The notes under the pieces were generated by a model that was not told the DNA's origin, did no database searches, and saw nothing but the letters and a program-made list of their open reading frames with translations. This document shows positions 11,504-28,145 of a stretch of DNA of 64,000 nt, piece by piece; the first letter of the stretch is position 1, and each line of letters opens with the position of its first letter. Origin of the DNA: Anthoceros angustus (taxonomy: Eukaryota; Plantae; Anthocerotophyta); assembly GCA_010909165.1 (NCBI GenBank), contig VJWM01000178.1:1-64000 (forward strand), read 5' to 3'. The position numbers and the translations under genes are program-made.

Positions 11504-12948
11504 TTAGACTACATTGACAATCGTGGGAACTTGAGGTGCTCGTAGTGTTTTCTTCATTTGGAACAATCTTCTTCCAAAACTAGTGTGCTCTCAAATGTGG
11601 TGCATGTCATCATGTGAACACCATTAGTTTCCGCAAGAAAATAGATTAGATAGTCATGATAAGTACCCAACCTGCTAAGAAAGAATATGCTATATCTGAA
11701 GATGACACATGCTCAAAAGGCGATTATGAGCGTGAAGCATGTTCATAGAAACATTGATAGCTTGACTGAACGAGTTTCCATGGGAAAAATCTCACTAGGA
11801 AAACCACAAGTGGTCCCCATGACCAAGCAAAAGTCGCTACATATGCGTATAACAATGATGACGCCTGGATCGCGACGTGAGATAATTGTTTTGTACCACC
11901 AAATAAGTAAGCAAAATGATGCCGGCCAATCAGAGGTTGTGTTTGTATCCTCAAGAACAATTTCTACGTCCCAACTCGCTCCACGTTGCTATAGAAACAA
12001 GAGTTGCTCACAGTTAGATCAAATCGAGGAATAAAGAGATGCCTTGCTACCAAAGCCAATTGTCTCGGAACAACACGAGGGCATAACATAATCGATTTAT
12101 TCACATGTTGCTCAAACAAAGGAATAAATAAAGTCATCACAAGTTGTGACGATTTTCCTTTCCAATATGCTATGGTTTCTCCACAAGCTTGATCACTTAA
12201 TATCCTCAAACTCCTCTTGCTCAACTTCAAAAAGTTCAATGCCTCTAGTTCTACAAAGAACTCTCTTTCCTGGCCAAATGACCTCTTTCAATCAAACTGC
12301 GTGTCCGGAAGGAAGAAGCTGCCTATCAACATCAACACCACTGGGATGGCAATAATCCAAGTGACCATTTCCAACCATTAGAAATTGTTCATCGATAGTT
12401 GATGAGTCCAAGACAAGGATACCTATAGTGATAGCCAATTGGAACATCATGTTCAAAGCTCCTATAAATGAGCAGTGAGCCATTCGAGAGATATAGAAGG
12501 CTGGCTGATTCCCAAACCCAACTCCTACTCCTAATAAAATTCTTCCAATAATCAACATTTCTATGTTGACGGCAAATCCATTCAAAAGGGCACCCACACA
12601 AGAAGTCTGTATTGTGCGAATAGATGAAATCCTTCCATAGTTTCTAGCTTAGATGCCACGAAGGAGGCCAAAAGCGGCGAGATAAAGAGAGCGATGTGAA
12701 AAATTGAAGAACGTGATTATCATATTTACAATAATCATCTTCATGTGCCAATTGTTTGCAGGCATAAACATTAGGAAAAGAATTTCACGAGAAATCATCC
12801 ATCCCAGTTTACACCGTATATACCAACGCTCATATCAAATATCAAGCCGCCACTAGCGGCTACAATACAAGCTATCAAGACAAACCAAGTGAGATACCCA
12901 ACATACCTGCCTCCCATGACTTTCCACAACCGCACCCCCTCGAGCCAT
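11504..12948 (-). CDS. STP: Sugar transport protein (STP family MFS hexose/H+ symporter), copy 1; heavily frameshifted in this sequence
   Basis: Fragments [37 protein letters not shown] and C-terminal PTIVNVV*; colinear with copy 4. Confidence 0.75.
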
Positions 12949-13735
12949 GATTACAACTATGAGAGAGAATCTTTATGCGGTTACACAATAGAATTGAGAA
13001 CTAGCTATGTGAGAGTCTTAATGAAGAAGTGTAATTGAGAACAATGCAAGTCAAACAACCTACAAATAGACCTCCTTTGAGGGACATATATAGTACATTA
13101 AAGGCGGGTTTCTCGATCACTACAACATAATGTCGATGTAACATAATATTACCGCAAAAGCTGCTATATAAAAGAAATGTTTATTTTGTCCATAAAAATG
13201 CGACTTTTCCAAGCGAGTTAAAAGAATTATATAAGTATCAATTAGGAAAAAACCTCTCTCAAGTATTACGCTAATCATATATATACAATATTTAGGTTTT
13301 TATAGTAATATATGTATCCATGATCGGACTTGATGATTGATTGATTGATTTTATTTAATTGCGATCTCTCCTTAAGGAAAACCAACGTGCCCTATGCAAG
13401 GTAGGTGAAAGCACATATCAAATGTTAGTGAAAAAACCAAATAGTGCAGTATACTGTTACTAACCATTCATGAGTAATCTGGACCTTGTGCTTAATACTT
13501 TTGACTCGAATTTGAAAGATGTCACACCGCGGTAGTATGAACATGAGCATAAATTTACGCCATGTCCTCCATGTAGCAATTGTATGCAGTGTATAAGCAC
13601 ACGAAAACCTAAAGCCAATTATTGATACTGTGAGGGCTAAATTCCCTAGTAAGGTGAGGCCCCGTGTTGCAACAAAGAAAGCTGGGTGTGGATCACATAT
13701 ATGTAGATCTTGCTGCAACCTCCGATCCTTCTAAC

Positions 13736-13945
13736 CCTTCAATGGACATGTCTTTCAAGGAAGCTATGGTCACATTAGACTTTCATACTTTACTAGCTTG
13801 TTCACACCCTTCAATGGACATGTCTTTCAAGGAAGCTATGGTCACATTAGACTTCACACTTTACTAGCTTGTTCACCCCAACCAATGGACATGTCTTTCA
13901 AGAAGCTATGGTCACATTAGACTTTCATACTTTAAACTTGTTACG
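13736..13945 (+). repeat. 71-bp tandem repeat x3 (ccttcaatggacatgtctttcaaggaagctatggtcacattagactttcatactttactagcttgttcacc)
   Basis: Seen directly; also at 28973-29185, 44287-44498 and 57977-58187 (monomer starts 57980/58051/58122). Confidence 0.9.
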
Positions 13946-14504
13946 CACCTGTTGCATTGCACCGCTTGTGAGCGCACATCATACCTAGGACAATGGTATT
14001 ACGGCCATCGATCGCCATTATGCACTCTGGCTCACACCTTGGCTGCGCCTGGACAAGCCCATCATGAGATGCACACACATGGCGACCTGGACAACCCCTC
14101 ACGCATCGGCCAAGAAACTACTGGCCCTAACCCCATGACCTATTTGGAGAACGCGTGGGGCGCATCACTAATTTCCCTATCTACTACTTATATCCTAGTT
14201 ATCCTTGGGCTGTGATACCTCTATTTACCTCATTGTATGTATTTATGTGCCTTACTTGCTTATGTCTTAGGCTTTGCAATTGCCCTTGGGCTTTGGCAAT
14301 TGCTCTTGCTCTTCACGCCTATATGTATATATCTATGTAGGCCTATTGACAAAGGCCTATGTAGTTTCTTCCGTAAAGAAGGGTCCAAAAGTAGGTATAT
14401 ATATATATTGATTAAAATTCACTCTTAAAATGAATAATTGTACTATGTCTATATATGTGAGTATAAGTAGGTACTCTACATATCAAAGCTAAAGTTAGTC
14501 CATT

Positions 14505-14850
14505 AGCAAATGCAATCTATTGTACATGTGGAGCTGCCGATTTGGTAATGCAAAAGGAACCTCTAACTATTTGAGGCGTCCTAACTAATAAAGGTGCTAA
14601 CTATTTTATTCTTCCAAACGCTCCATGTCTCTCCACCTTGCACTGCATCTAGAATCCAATATGGTGGTGCCTAACGTAATCTCATTATGTACACGCAGGC
14701 AACTGCCGATTTGGTAATCCAAAAAGGAGGTGCTAACTATTTGAGGCGTCCTACCTATTAGAGGTGCTAACTATTTCATTCTTCAAAACTGTCCTTTCTT
14801 GTCTCTCCATGTTCTTGCTGGCATCTAGAATCCTCCAGTGGTGCCCATTT
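14505..14850 (+). repeat. ~170-bp diverged direct repeat x2 upstream of CDC48
   Basis: ctgccgatttggtaat.caaaa...ctaactatttgaggcgtcct...ggtgctaactattt.attcttc...gcatctagaatc occurs twice (unit 4: 58813 and 58983). Confidence 0.8.
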
Positions 14851-15025
14851 GTGGTCGTAATGTAACGCAATCCTCGATGTTGGCTACAGGCTACAGGCTG
14901 CATCGGGCGGTGTGGGCGCTGTAATGGTGGGTGGTCTACTTGTTGCAGCCTGCCACTAATTGGAGATAAGGTTGTTAGGCCAGCGTTGCGTACGTAGTGA
15001 GAGCGATATCACCGGCTCAATGACC

Positions 15026-18139
<3,114 letters not shown>

Positions 18140-18467
18140 AGTAGTCTATCAATGTTGAAGTATATGCCAATGCCTAGTGGGAGCAAGTTGACTCACCCTT
18201 CATTCTGTCGCACCCAGAGGCTGCATGGACCCACAATTTGCTCTAGTGCTCAGCTGTTGCATTTGCCCCAGGAAAGTATAGGCCACTGAGATCTCCTCAG
18301 GTTGACTTCATGGGAGCCACAAAACTGTTTGGCATGTCCACAATTTAGCTTTGTCCTCCACAGCTGCATAACTTTGTTTGGAAGGCACCTACCGTACCTT
18401 GCCATTTGGTGCATGTATGAATGTAAAACAACATGTATGAATGTTCCACCTACTACCCTTCCTTTCC

Positions 18468-19464
18468 TCAACTGGATTGTCGTGGAGGTGGAGCCTCCAG
18501 GCCTTTATCGAAGTCTCTTCTTCTCAAGATCGAATTCGTCAGCCAGTACAGGCCAAAGCAATGCCAACCCCTGTTGCAGGTGCGTCTCTGCCGAGCTTTC
18601 GACAAACGATAGCCGCTCAAAACTTGCTCACCATTCCAAACATCAGGACTGGAGGCTTCGGATGTCAGACCTTGAACTCGTTAATGCTTAGGCCCTGAAA
18701 TGCCCAGCTGATGTCCCTGTGGCATCCATCTGAATATTTGGGGTGTGTATCCTGGAGTCGACATAGTAGCCACCGAAGACGTTGAAGACTGTCGCATGAG
18801 CGAATGGCCCAACTAGCTGCCATGGCTGCCTGAAGTGGGCACGATGGCTCCCACTGCTGATCCCATTGCAGTTGCTGCAGATGCCTCCACTGTCACAAGA
18901 CCCGCAAATTCATTGTTGTGTTTGTAGCTGCCACCTGCAATAGCCCCATGCGATCTTGTATAGATTTCTGCAGGAGTCCCATCCCCAGAAGATAGAGGGA
19001 AGATGATGAGCTTTTATGGCCATACTACTTAATTATCCACCGAGTTCGGCAACTGGAGGTCGGACGCCGTCACGGTATCCCTCACAGTGAGCTGCGAGAA
19101 GAAGAGATCATCTTGCCTGACATACGCAACCTTGAGGCCTGAGTGAGCATCTGCAGCAGTACCGCAATTAATCGACACCAATCCACTCCAGCCGTTGACG
19201 TAGCTTGCTGGAGCCAGCTGCCCTCGCCAGCACATTCAGCTGAGACATTTCCGTGCACATCCTTGAGCAGATGCTTCACTGACTGACTGCCCTTGCTTGT
19301 CCACAAGGACGCAGCTCATCGCCTCCTCTCCAGGGTCACAGGCCTCTCAGAACTGCTCCGCCGCTCCCGCCTGGCCTTCCGAGCCCTTGCTTGAAGCCTC
19401 CTGCCCCCCGCCGCAAGCCCAGCGGCTCCTGCCGCCAGCAGCCCAAGGCCATAGCCGCTCGCAT
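18468..19464 (-). pseudogene. ABCG7: ABCG7/WBC7-like half-transporter fragment with internal deletions, copy 1
   Basis: KHLLKDVHG, LKVAYVRQDDLFFSQLTVRDTV, SIQDRMGLLQVAA, SLMTVFNVFGGYYV, WAFQGLSINEF. Walker A, signature and Walker B are absent. Confidence 0.75.
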
Positions 19465-21618
19465 GGCCCGTGCTCCAGCAGCCTGGGACAAACAAGCAAA
19501 GCCAACGGCACACGGATTATAGTTTATTAGCTGACTACCAACACACGCAGCGCATTCATGCCTCACCACATTCTCGTCACAAGTTCCTGCACTTCTCACC
19601 AACCGCTTGCTTCTCTTCAGCCTTCTGTCGCGCGCTGCCGCTAAGCCCTAACCTCTACGCACAACAACTTTGTGCTTATAATTGTATACACGGAAATGGA
19701 GCCAATAGGACTTGCAGGAATGACATGCAACTTTCAGATTTTGATGATGAATCCAGCAGGGGAATGACATTTGTCCTCCTCTCACAGCCAACACTGCAAT
19801 GTTCAGCCTTCTCCAGTTGGCGGTTTCGCCCCATCGCGCACAGGATTGAAAAAGCATTTACCAAGGCATGGAAATGTACTTGGTACCAAAACGAAAACTC
19901 TGGCATCAACATGCTCAGAACATGCCTCCTAACTTCCCAGCATATGCACACGGTGTAACGAGCTCTGAGCGCGTGACGTAGCTCAGGGCAAGGTCCTGAC
20001 TTTCCAGTCAGTCTTCGGGCCGGATCTCTTACAGATTTGCTCGAGATTTCACCAAACCCACTAAAGCGAACCCATATAGGGAGAGCATCCAACTAGGCAT
20101 CAAAGAGTTGGGAGAGAAGACCACGTCAATTGTTGCTTGCTTAATAGGCATGTACGCATGTCTCTTTGGGAGAGCATGAGATTTAGCTAAGTTGGGACGT
20201 TTGTTCAGAGCCCTTTGAGCAGACCTGCTTTCACAACTTACTAACTAAAACTCACCTCCCCATGCTCTGAGGGCAGGCATTAGCCTTGGCTACTGTCGGA
20301 AACAATTACAGGGCCAGCTCGAATTCTGGCCCTAACGGTGTCAGCAAAATCTTTAGCTCAGCCAATCTACTGGCCAGTGGCCAACAAAGTTGGCCGCAAC
20401 TACTTGTTATTCACAGGGCGTCCACAGACTGTTGCTTATCCGCCTGGCAGAGCCTCGCAGCATGCCTCTGCCAAAAACACGATGATTGAATTTGCTCAGA
20501 CCACGTACGTGGTCCGTCACTCATGTACAGGTGGGAAATTTTCCGCAGTATCCCTGAAAGACTGCAAAGAGAGATAGAGTTAACATCATGATCATTTCTC
20601 CTCTTACCACCTTCGGTGATGTCCACATTATCACACACCCCAGTAGTGCTCACCGCTGCCAGAAAAGGACGAGACAGGAGAAACGTACCAGATTTTTCTA
20701 AACTAGGCTCATATAAGCTAGTGAAGTTTGTTCTATCCCCAATCCTAGAACATTAATCGTTTTGCTGCAGCCTCTAGCATGGTTAACTTCAAGACAAACC
20801 ACACTCGTTATCGCATCTAAATTACGGTATGTTCTATAGGGTCCAAGGATTAGCTTCTAAATTACCCTTTGGACATACGTGCAAATTGATAGCATCGTAA
20901 TGAACCTTGTCCAAGATCTTCCTTTCACATATCTAGAGTTCTATTGCAAGAATTGGTGTAATGATTTATTTGCCCTCATGCAAATCATATATGTTTCTTT
21001 TCTTTGAGGAATATAGTCATTGTCCAATATTTTCCTCTTGGTATGACTTTGTCTTCCAAGCTTAAGGCATATGGATGATCACTTTGTTATTGATCAAAAG
21101 CATGGCTAGGTGCAGCTTTGTCTTCCAAGGCATGTGGATGATCACTTTGTTATTGATCAAGAGCATGCCTAGGTTGTTCACCCAAAAGAACTCTATAGGA
21201 ACACTACTTCTGCTGTTGCATATTTGAAATTCCACATAGACTCTACTACTATGCCTCTTGTGTTTGAAATTCCACGGAGGAACATATGTATCAGAGACGT
21301 TATGCTTTCAATATACTTGTGGAATTTACAATCACCTATCACACATTGATGCTTTTGAGCGATTGTCTAGGAAAAACGGTTTAGACCACAAAGCCCTTTA
21401 AGGCTATAGGGGTTACACTTTGCGCACCCTCCCCAAACATGACACTTTGCCTATTTTAATTTTTAAATGTTTGGGTGCTGGGAGTACTCCCATGAAAATT
21501 GACAACAACCATAAAACTCAGGGACCGTAACAAGAAGATTGTTTAGGAGTGCGCCGGTATACCGGCACACTGACTTTTGATTTATGCCAAAATCGGCATT
21601 TCTCCACCCACGATCATG

Positions 21619-22445
21619 CTATTTTAAACAAAAAGAAAGATCGAGTCCCCAGATAATGTCACATTCTCCATCATCCTCCTCTTCACCGAAATAGTCTTGA
21701 CATTCATAAGTGAAAACGATCTTGATTGTTTGTTGTGTGTCCCATTCTCATCCCATACCGCCACCGCCATCAATTCATTTGAGGGGCCAGCTCTTTGAGT
21801 TCTTTGTGTGCCCCTTCTTACCCATTAGTAAACCTCGCAACTTCCTCTTAGTGGTACCGTTAGTGCAAATTTCTTTTGCCCAATTTTGAAACCCCTCTTG
21901 TAAACTTCTCTTGTGGTCTTCTCATCGATCGAAGTTGCTCAAGGCTTTCACCCTCTGTGGAATGTACATGGCACACCGGGGTCATTTTCTATGGCCACAA
22001 CATTCCTCCTCTTCGATGGCGTACCACGGAAAAATGGGACCGGCGCAAGCATCTACCACCCGATCCTTCTCATTCTTGAACATGTTACGCATGCTCATCA
22101 ATCCACGTGGCTTTTGATATGGGCAAACCAACTGCTTGGCAGCAGTGGTGAAAATGTTCACGACAGTCCCTTGCCGGATAACTCAGGAAGAACATCTACA
22201 GTCAATCGCCTTTGCAACAGAGAGGCCACAGGCTCATTCGATATACTCCTACTCACGATGATGAACTCCACAGCTCCACTATTCCGTGTTCGGGAATATT
22301 TATTTTCCCGCACTAAAGTTTGAATCGCTCCCTTCACCTTGCTGGCCAGGCCTCCTATGACAAGGGCAGGTCATCCATGCCATGCATAAGAATGACTCTA
22401 AAAACATCGACGATGAGACCTCTTGGGAATTGCTTGGAAATATAA
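21619..22445 (-). pseudogene. 5'-truncated beta-class N4-C/N6-A DNA methyltransferase-like gene, copy 2
   Basis: Revcomp of ~21960-22140 reads KQLVCPYQKPRGLMSM..NMFKNEKDRVVDACAG...AI..RRNVVAIENDP. Confidence 0.65.
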
Positions 22446-22450
22446 ATAGC

Positions 22451-23775
22451 GACGCCAACGACGATCACCGCATAAAACATGTTATATTGAATTATGAGAA
22501 TTTACTTCCAAATGTTTTGTATTTGCAACTCGACAACACGACACGTGAAAATAAAACGCCTGCTATTTGCCTACCTTAACATGTTGGTCTCATTGCGAGC
22601 CTTTGAGAAGATCAAGGTAGGCTTCCTCCTTGTTGGGCACACACCATGATCGTAGACCAAATGTTCTCCAGTTTTTCATTGTGCTAAGGCATAAGGAGGC
22701 TTTTACCTTGCCCAAACTCACCTTTGTGTTGGAAAATGCTTATACTCCAAACCCTTGATTGTATTGGTACCGAGTTCCCGATTTTAGAAGGTATGTTTGG
22801 CCCATCCTAATAGTAGGGCTGGCTACCAATGGGTATTGTCATAGTTGCACAACATCTCTTTTGCTTGTCTCAAAATAACTCGAGAGGAGAGGAGGACCGC
22901 GGTTTCATTACTGATGCGAGGTAAACAATATTCAAGAGCATAATCGATCCACCAATGAAGGCCTCGAGTTTCTTGAAGCATGTGCTAGAAGGACCAATTT
23001 TGCTGCCCCCAATGTCTTTGGAAGTAAGGAGCAAAAGCACTTGAAGGAAGAGATCGAAAGGTTGTTATCGATTATCCGCCAAGTTGGAGGAGAAATTAAA
23101 AGACATTTTGGCTAAGATGTATGGTGGGAATCGTTTTGGGAAGAACAAGAGGGCATTGTGGACATCATAAATTCAAGGTCCCTACAGAATTGAAGAATCC
23201 TTGGCGATGGTATAATCGAGAAGAAGCGGAGATCTGCGGCATTCTTTACATTCCGGATGTTGAAGTCCTTCCTCATCCATTGCTGCGAGAAGTGCCTCGA
23301 TGAGACATGTATGTAGCTAGGTGCAGTCCTTGCAAGAATGATGCAACAAATCGTCCTTTTTGGATGCGAAGGTGCCTCACATAGATTTGGTCGAAAAGAT
23401 CACCTTTCATGAAAGGTCACCGGTGGGTGACACAAAACATAGATGCTTTTGAAGGAAGCTACATGGAAGAGATGATATTGGACGAAGTGCTTAGAGGGCG
23501 GTCAAGGCGTTGCGGTGAGCCCAGGCGGTCAAGAAGAATGTCGATCTTGATCATTCTTGACACATTTGTTTTGGCCTATGGGTTTGAACTAACTCGAACT
23601 AAAGCGGTGAAAGGCCCAAACACGTTCAATTATTAGGCAAAACCTTATGACGCTCCGCCATTACAGAAGATATGCCAATCCGGAGAACCAAGGCCGTGGA
23701 AGGGCGAACAACGCACGATGATGTGGCTATTGAAGGCGACACTTAGTGCGTCTAGAGGCCTTATCAATAGGATGA
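22451..23775 (+). mobile_element. 5'-truncated Sola/DUF7869-like transposase, copy 2
   Basis: IKHVILNYENLLPNVLYLQLDNTTRENK (ORF 22382-22579), followed by KIKVGFLLVGHT. Confidence 0.7.
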
Positions 23776-24325
23776 GGCCACATCTTCATGGTAGTTGGAA
23801 TTACACGAATCTTGCATTTGTCAAAGAACATGGTTTAAATGCCGACAATAAATGAAGAACAATTGTGTTTTATTAAATAGCGAGAATGGGTTTTGGCAAG
23901 GTCGCAGATGATGAGGTGGTGCATTTGTATCTGCGATGCTAGTGCGCATTTGCATCGTGAGAATCTTGCGGATATGGATGACTTTGCACCTTAAGAGTAG
24001 GATTTACATGATTTGATGGGGGTGCGTCGACATACCCGCACCCCTTAGCTTCATGTAAATCCTTTTCTTTCGTTTTACATGATTGTGGCGTGGGTGGGCG
24101 GTATACAAGTACATGTACATGCGACATGTACTTGGACGACTACACATGAGTCGGAACATAATGGAAGGACATGAGGGATGTTGTAGAAATTTGTGCGGCT
24201 ACATATTTCACATACATGTCCAAGTCGTCTCTCTTTAGAGTACATGTTACAACTCACAAACCATCCCGCATGCGAGTAAATGGAATCCAAATTTTGAAAC
24301 CGTAAAGGTATGGGATTATCCCGAC

Positions 24326-27300
24326 AATAAAATTTAGTTTTCATGACTTCCATCTCGGTTGGATTGAGGGTTGGCGATTCGTGGATCCAAGCATATAGGG
24401 CCATGGTTTTGGTGTATCTAAGTTTTCACTGTTTTTTACACGAAAAATTGGAATGTTTTGCAGAAAAGTCCAAAATAATGGAATAAGCCGTTTTTCCCTG
24501 GACGTTGTTTTTGGTACTAATTGACATGAATCGTGGATATCTATTGATACTACAATCTATGAATTTCAAATCATCTAAGAATCCACATCTAATTCCAAAT
24601 TTGAATCACAAGTAACATCTTCCATGTACATTCACGTACATTAAAGTGGATGCAACAATACAGGGAGAAACCTAGAAAAAACTAACATATTACTGACATA
24701 CTAACATTATGGAACACTTATGGTACATATGTACCTAGTATGTTAGACTACATTGACAATCGTGGGAACTTCAGGTGCTCGCGTAGTGTTTTCTTCATTT
24801 GGAACAATCTTCTTCCAAAACCAGTGTGCTCTCCAAACGTGGTCCATGTCATCTATGTGAACACCATTAGTTTCCGCAAGAAGAAATAGATGAAGATAGT
24901 CATGATAAGTACCCAACTGCGAAGAAAAAGAATATGCCATCAAGATGACATAGCATGCTCAAAAAGGCTTGGCGATTATGAACGTGAAGAGCATGTTCAT
25001 AGAAACATTGATAGCTTGACCTGTTGAACGAGTTTCCATGGGAAAAATCTCACTAGGAACAAGCCACCCAAGTGGTCCCCATGACCAAGCAAAAGCTGCT
25101 ACATATGTGCAGATAACAATGATGACGCCAATCGCAGCACCGTGAGATAATTGTTTTGTACCACCAAATAAGCAAGCAAGAATGATGCCAATAATCAGCT
25201 GAGAGGTTATCATTTGTATGCCTCCCTGTAAGAACAATTTTCTACGTCCAATCCACATCCGCTAGAAACAAGAGTTGCTACGGTTAGCTCGAAATCGAGG
25301 AATAAAGAGATGCCTTGCTACCAAAGCCAATTGTCCGGAACAACAGGCATAAAACATAATCGCATTTATTCACTCAGCTCAAACAAAGGAATAAGTAAAG
25401 TCATCACAAGTTGTGGACGATTTTTCCTTTCCAATATGCTCTTGTATGGTTTCTCCACAAGCTTGGATCGCAAACTTGCTGCGAATATCCTCAAACTCTT
25501 GCTCAACTTCAAAAGTTCAATGCCTCTAGTTCTACAAAGAACTCTCTTTCCGCCGCCAAATGACCTCTTTCAATCAAACTGCTTTGGCGTGTCCGAAGGA
25601 AGAAGCGCCTATCAACATCAACCTGGGATGGCAGCTAATCCAAGTGACCATTTCCAACCATTAGAAATTGTCGCCATACGATAGTTGATGAGTCCAAAGA
25701 ACAAGGATACCTATAGTGATAGCCAATTGGAACATCATGTTCAAAGCTCCTCGTGAGCAGGAGCCATTTCCGAGAGATATAGAGGAACCGATTCCCAAAC
25801 CCAACTCCTACTCCTAATAAAATTTAGTTTTCATGACTTCCACCGCTCGGTTGGATTGAGGGTTGGCGATTCGTGGATCCAAGCATATAGGGCCATGGTT
25901 TTGTGTATCTAATTTTTCACCGATTTTTACACGAAAATTGGAATGTTTTGAAAAGCCCAAAATAATGGAATACTGTTTTCGGACATTGTTTTCGGTACTA
26001 ATTGACATGAATCGTGGATATCTATTGATACTACAATATATGAATTTCAAATCATCTAAGAATCCACATCTAATTCCAAATTTGAATCACAAGTAACATC
26101 TTACATGTACATTCACGTACATCAAAGTGGATGCAACAATACAGGAGAAACCTAGAAAAAACTAACATATTACTGACATACTAACATTATGGAACACATA
26201 TGGTACATATGTACCTAGTACGTTAGACTACATTGACAATCGTGGGAACTTGAGGTGCTCGCGTAGTGTTTTCTTCATTTGGAACAATCTTCTTCCAAAA
26301 CCAGTGTGCTCTCCAAATGTGGTGCATGTCATCTATGTGAACACCATTAGTTTCCGGCAAGAAGAAATAGATGAAGATAGTCATGATAAGTACCCAACCT
26401 GCGAAGAAAAAGAATATGCCATACTGAAGATGACAAAGCATGCTCAAAAAGGCTTGGGCGATTATGAACGTGAAGAGCATGTTCATAGAAACATTGATAG
26501 CTTGACCTGTTGAACGAGTTTCCATGGGAAAAATCTCACTAGGAACAAGCCACCCAAGTGGTCCCCATGACCAAGCAAAAGTCGCTACATATGTGCGAGA
26601 TAACAATGATGATCGCAAGACCGTGAGATAATTGTTTTGTACCACCAAATAAGCAAGCAAGAATGATGCCAATAATCAGGAGAGGTTATCATTTGTATGC
26701 CTCCTTGTAAGAACAATTTTCTACGTCCAATCCACATCCGCTAGAAACAAGAGTTGCTACGGTTAGCTCGAAATCGAGGAATAAAGAGATGCCTTGCTAC
26801 CAAAGCCAATTGTCCGGAACAACAGGCATAAAACATAATCGCATTTATTCACTCAGCTCAAACAAAGGAATAAGTAAAGTCATCACAAGTTGTGGGCGAT
26901 TATGAACGTGAAGAGCATGTTCATAGAAACATTGATAGCTTGACACTGTTGAACGAGTTTCCATGGGAAAAATCTCACTAGGAACAAGCCACCCAAGTGG
27001 TCCCCATGACCAAGCAAAAGTCGCTACATATGTGATAATGATGACGCCGATCGCAGACCGTGAGATAATTGTTTTGTACCACCAAATAAGCAAGCAAGAA
27101 TGATGCCAATAATCATGAGAGGTTATCATTTGTATGCCTGTAAGAACAATTTTCTACGTCCAATCTGCCCACGTTGCTATAGAAACAAGAGTTGCTACGG
27201 TTAATGACTCCGAAATCACGAGGAATAAAGAGATGCCTTGCTACCAAAGCCAATTATGCGGAACAACAGGGGCATAAAACATAATCGCATTTATTCCGTA

Positions 27301-27340
27301 GCTGCTGAAACAAAGGAATAAGTAAAGTCATCACAAGTTG
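24326..27340 (+). repeat. Nested internal duplications in unit 2 (24326-25815 repeated from 25816; 26455-26892 repeated from 26893)
   Basis: Junction 25816 uses aataaaatt, shared by the STP CDS and the intergenic region. Junction 26893 uses tgg(a/g)cgatt. Confidence 0.8.
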
Positions 27341-28145
27341 TGGACGATTTTTCCTTTCCAATATGCTCTTGTATGGTTTCTCCACAAGCTTGGATCGCAA
27401 ACTTGCTGCGAATATCCTCAAACTCTTGCTCAACTTCAAAAGTTCAATGCCTCTAGTTCTACAAAGAACTCTCTTTCCGCCGCCAAATGACCTCTTTCAA
27501 TCAAACTGCTTTGGCGTGTCCGAAGGAAGAAGCGCCTATCAACATCAACCTGGGATGGCAGCTAATCCAAGTGACCATTTCCAACCATTAGAAATTGTCG
27601 CCATACGATAGTTGATGAGTCCAAAGAACAAGGATACCTATAGTGATAGCCAATTGGAACATCATGTTCAAAGCTCCTCGTGAGCAGGAGCCATTTCCGA
27701 GAGATATAGAGGAACCGATTCCCAAACCCAACTCCTACTCCTAATAAAATTCTTCCAATAATCAACATTTCTATGTTGTGGCAAATCCATTCAAAAGGGC
27801 ACCACACAAGGAAGCGAATGCGAATAGATGAAATCCTTCCATAGTTTCTACTAACCATAGATGCCACGAAGGAGGCCAAAAGAGCAGCGAGATAAAGAGA
27901 CGATGTGAAAATTGAAGAACGTGATTATCATATTTACAATAATCATCTTCATGTGCCAATTGTTTGCGGGCATAAAACATTAGGAAAGAATTTCTTGAGG
28001 AAATCATCCATCCCATTACCCACCGGATATACCAATGTCATATCCAAATATCAAGCCGCCACTAGCGGCTACAATACAACTATCGGCCAAACCAAGTGAG
28101 ATGCCCAACATCTCCCATGACTTTCCACAACCGCACCTCCACCAT
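24743..28145 (-). CDS. STP: STP sugar transporter, copy 2, interrupted by two internal tandem duplications (1490 bp and 438 bp)
   Basis: ORFs 24959-25258 and 26223-26672 ([58 protein letters not shown]...PTIVNVV*). ATG at 28145. The 3' half is present twice. Confidence 0.7.

Noticed and set aside
13720-13800. DPSNPSMDMSFKEAM resembling the Copia pre-RT EPxSFxEA motif
   Set aside because: No RT sequence follows; the match lies in a short tandem repeat and is probably chance.
13736-13945. 71-bp repeats as a CRISPR array
   Set aside because: The repeats abut directly with no unique spacers, there are no cas genes, and the context is eukaryotic.
19960-20100. LDALPIWVRFSG on the minus strand resembling the LINE ORF1 PxWVR motif
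   Set aside because: It is a single short motif with no zinc knuckle, endonuclease or RT nearby.
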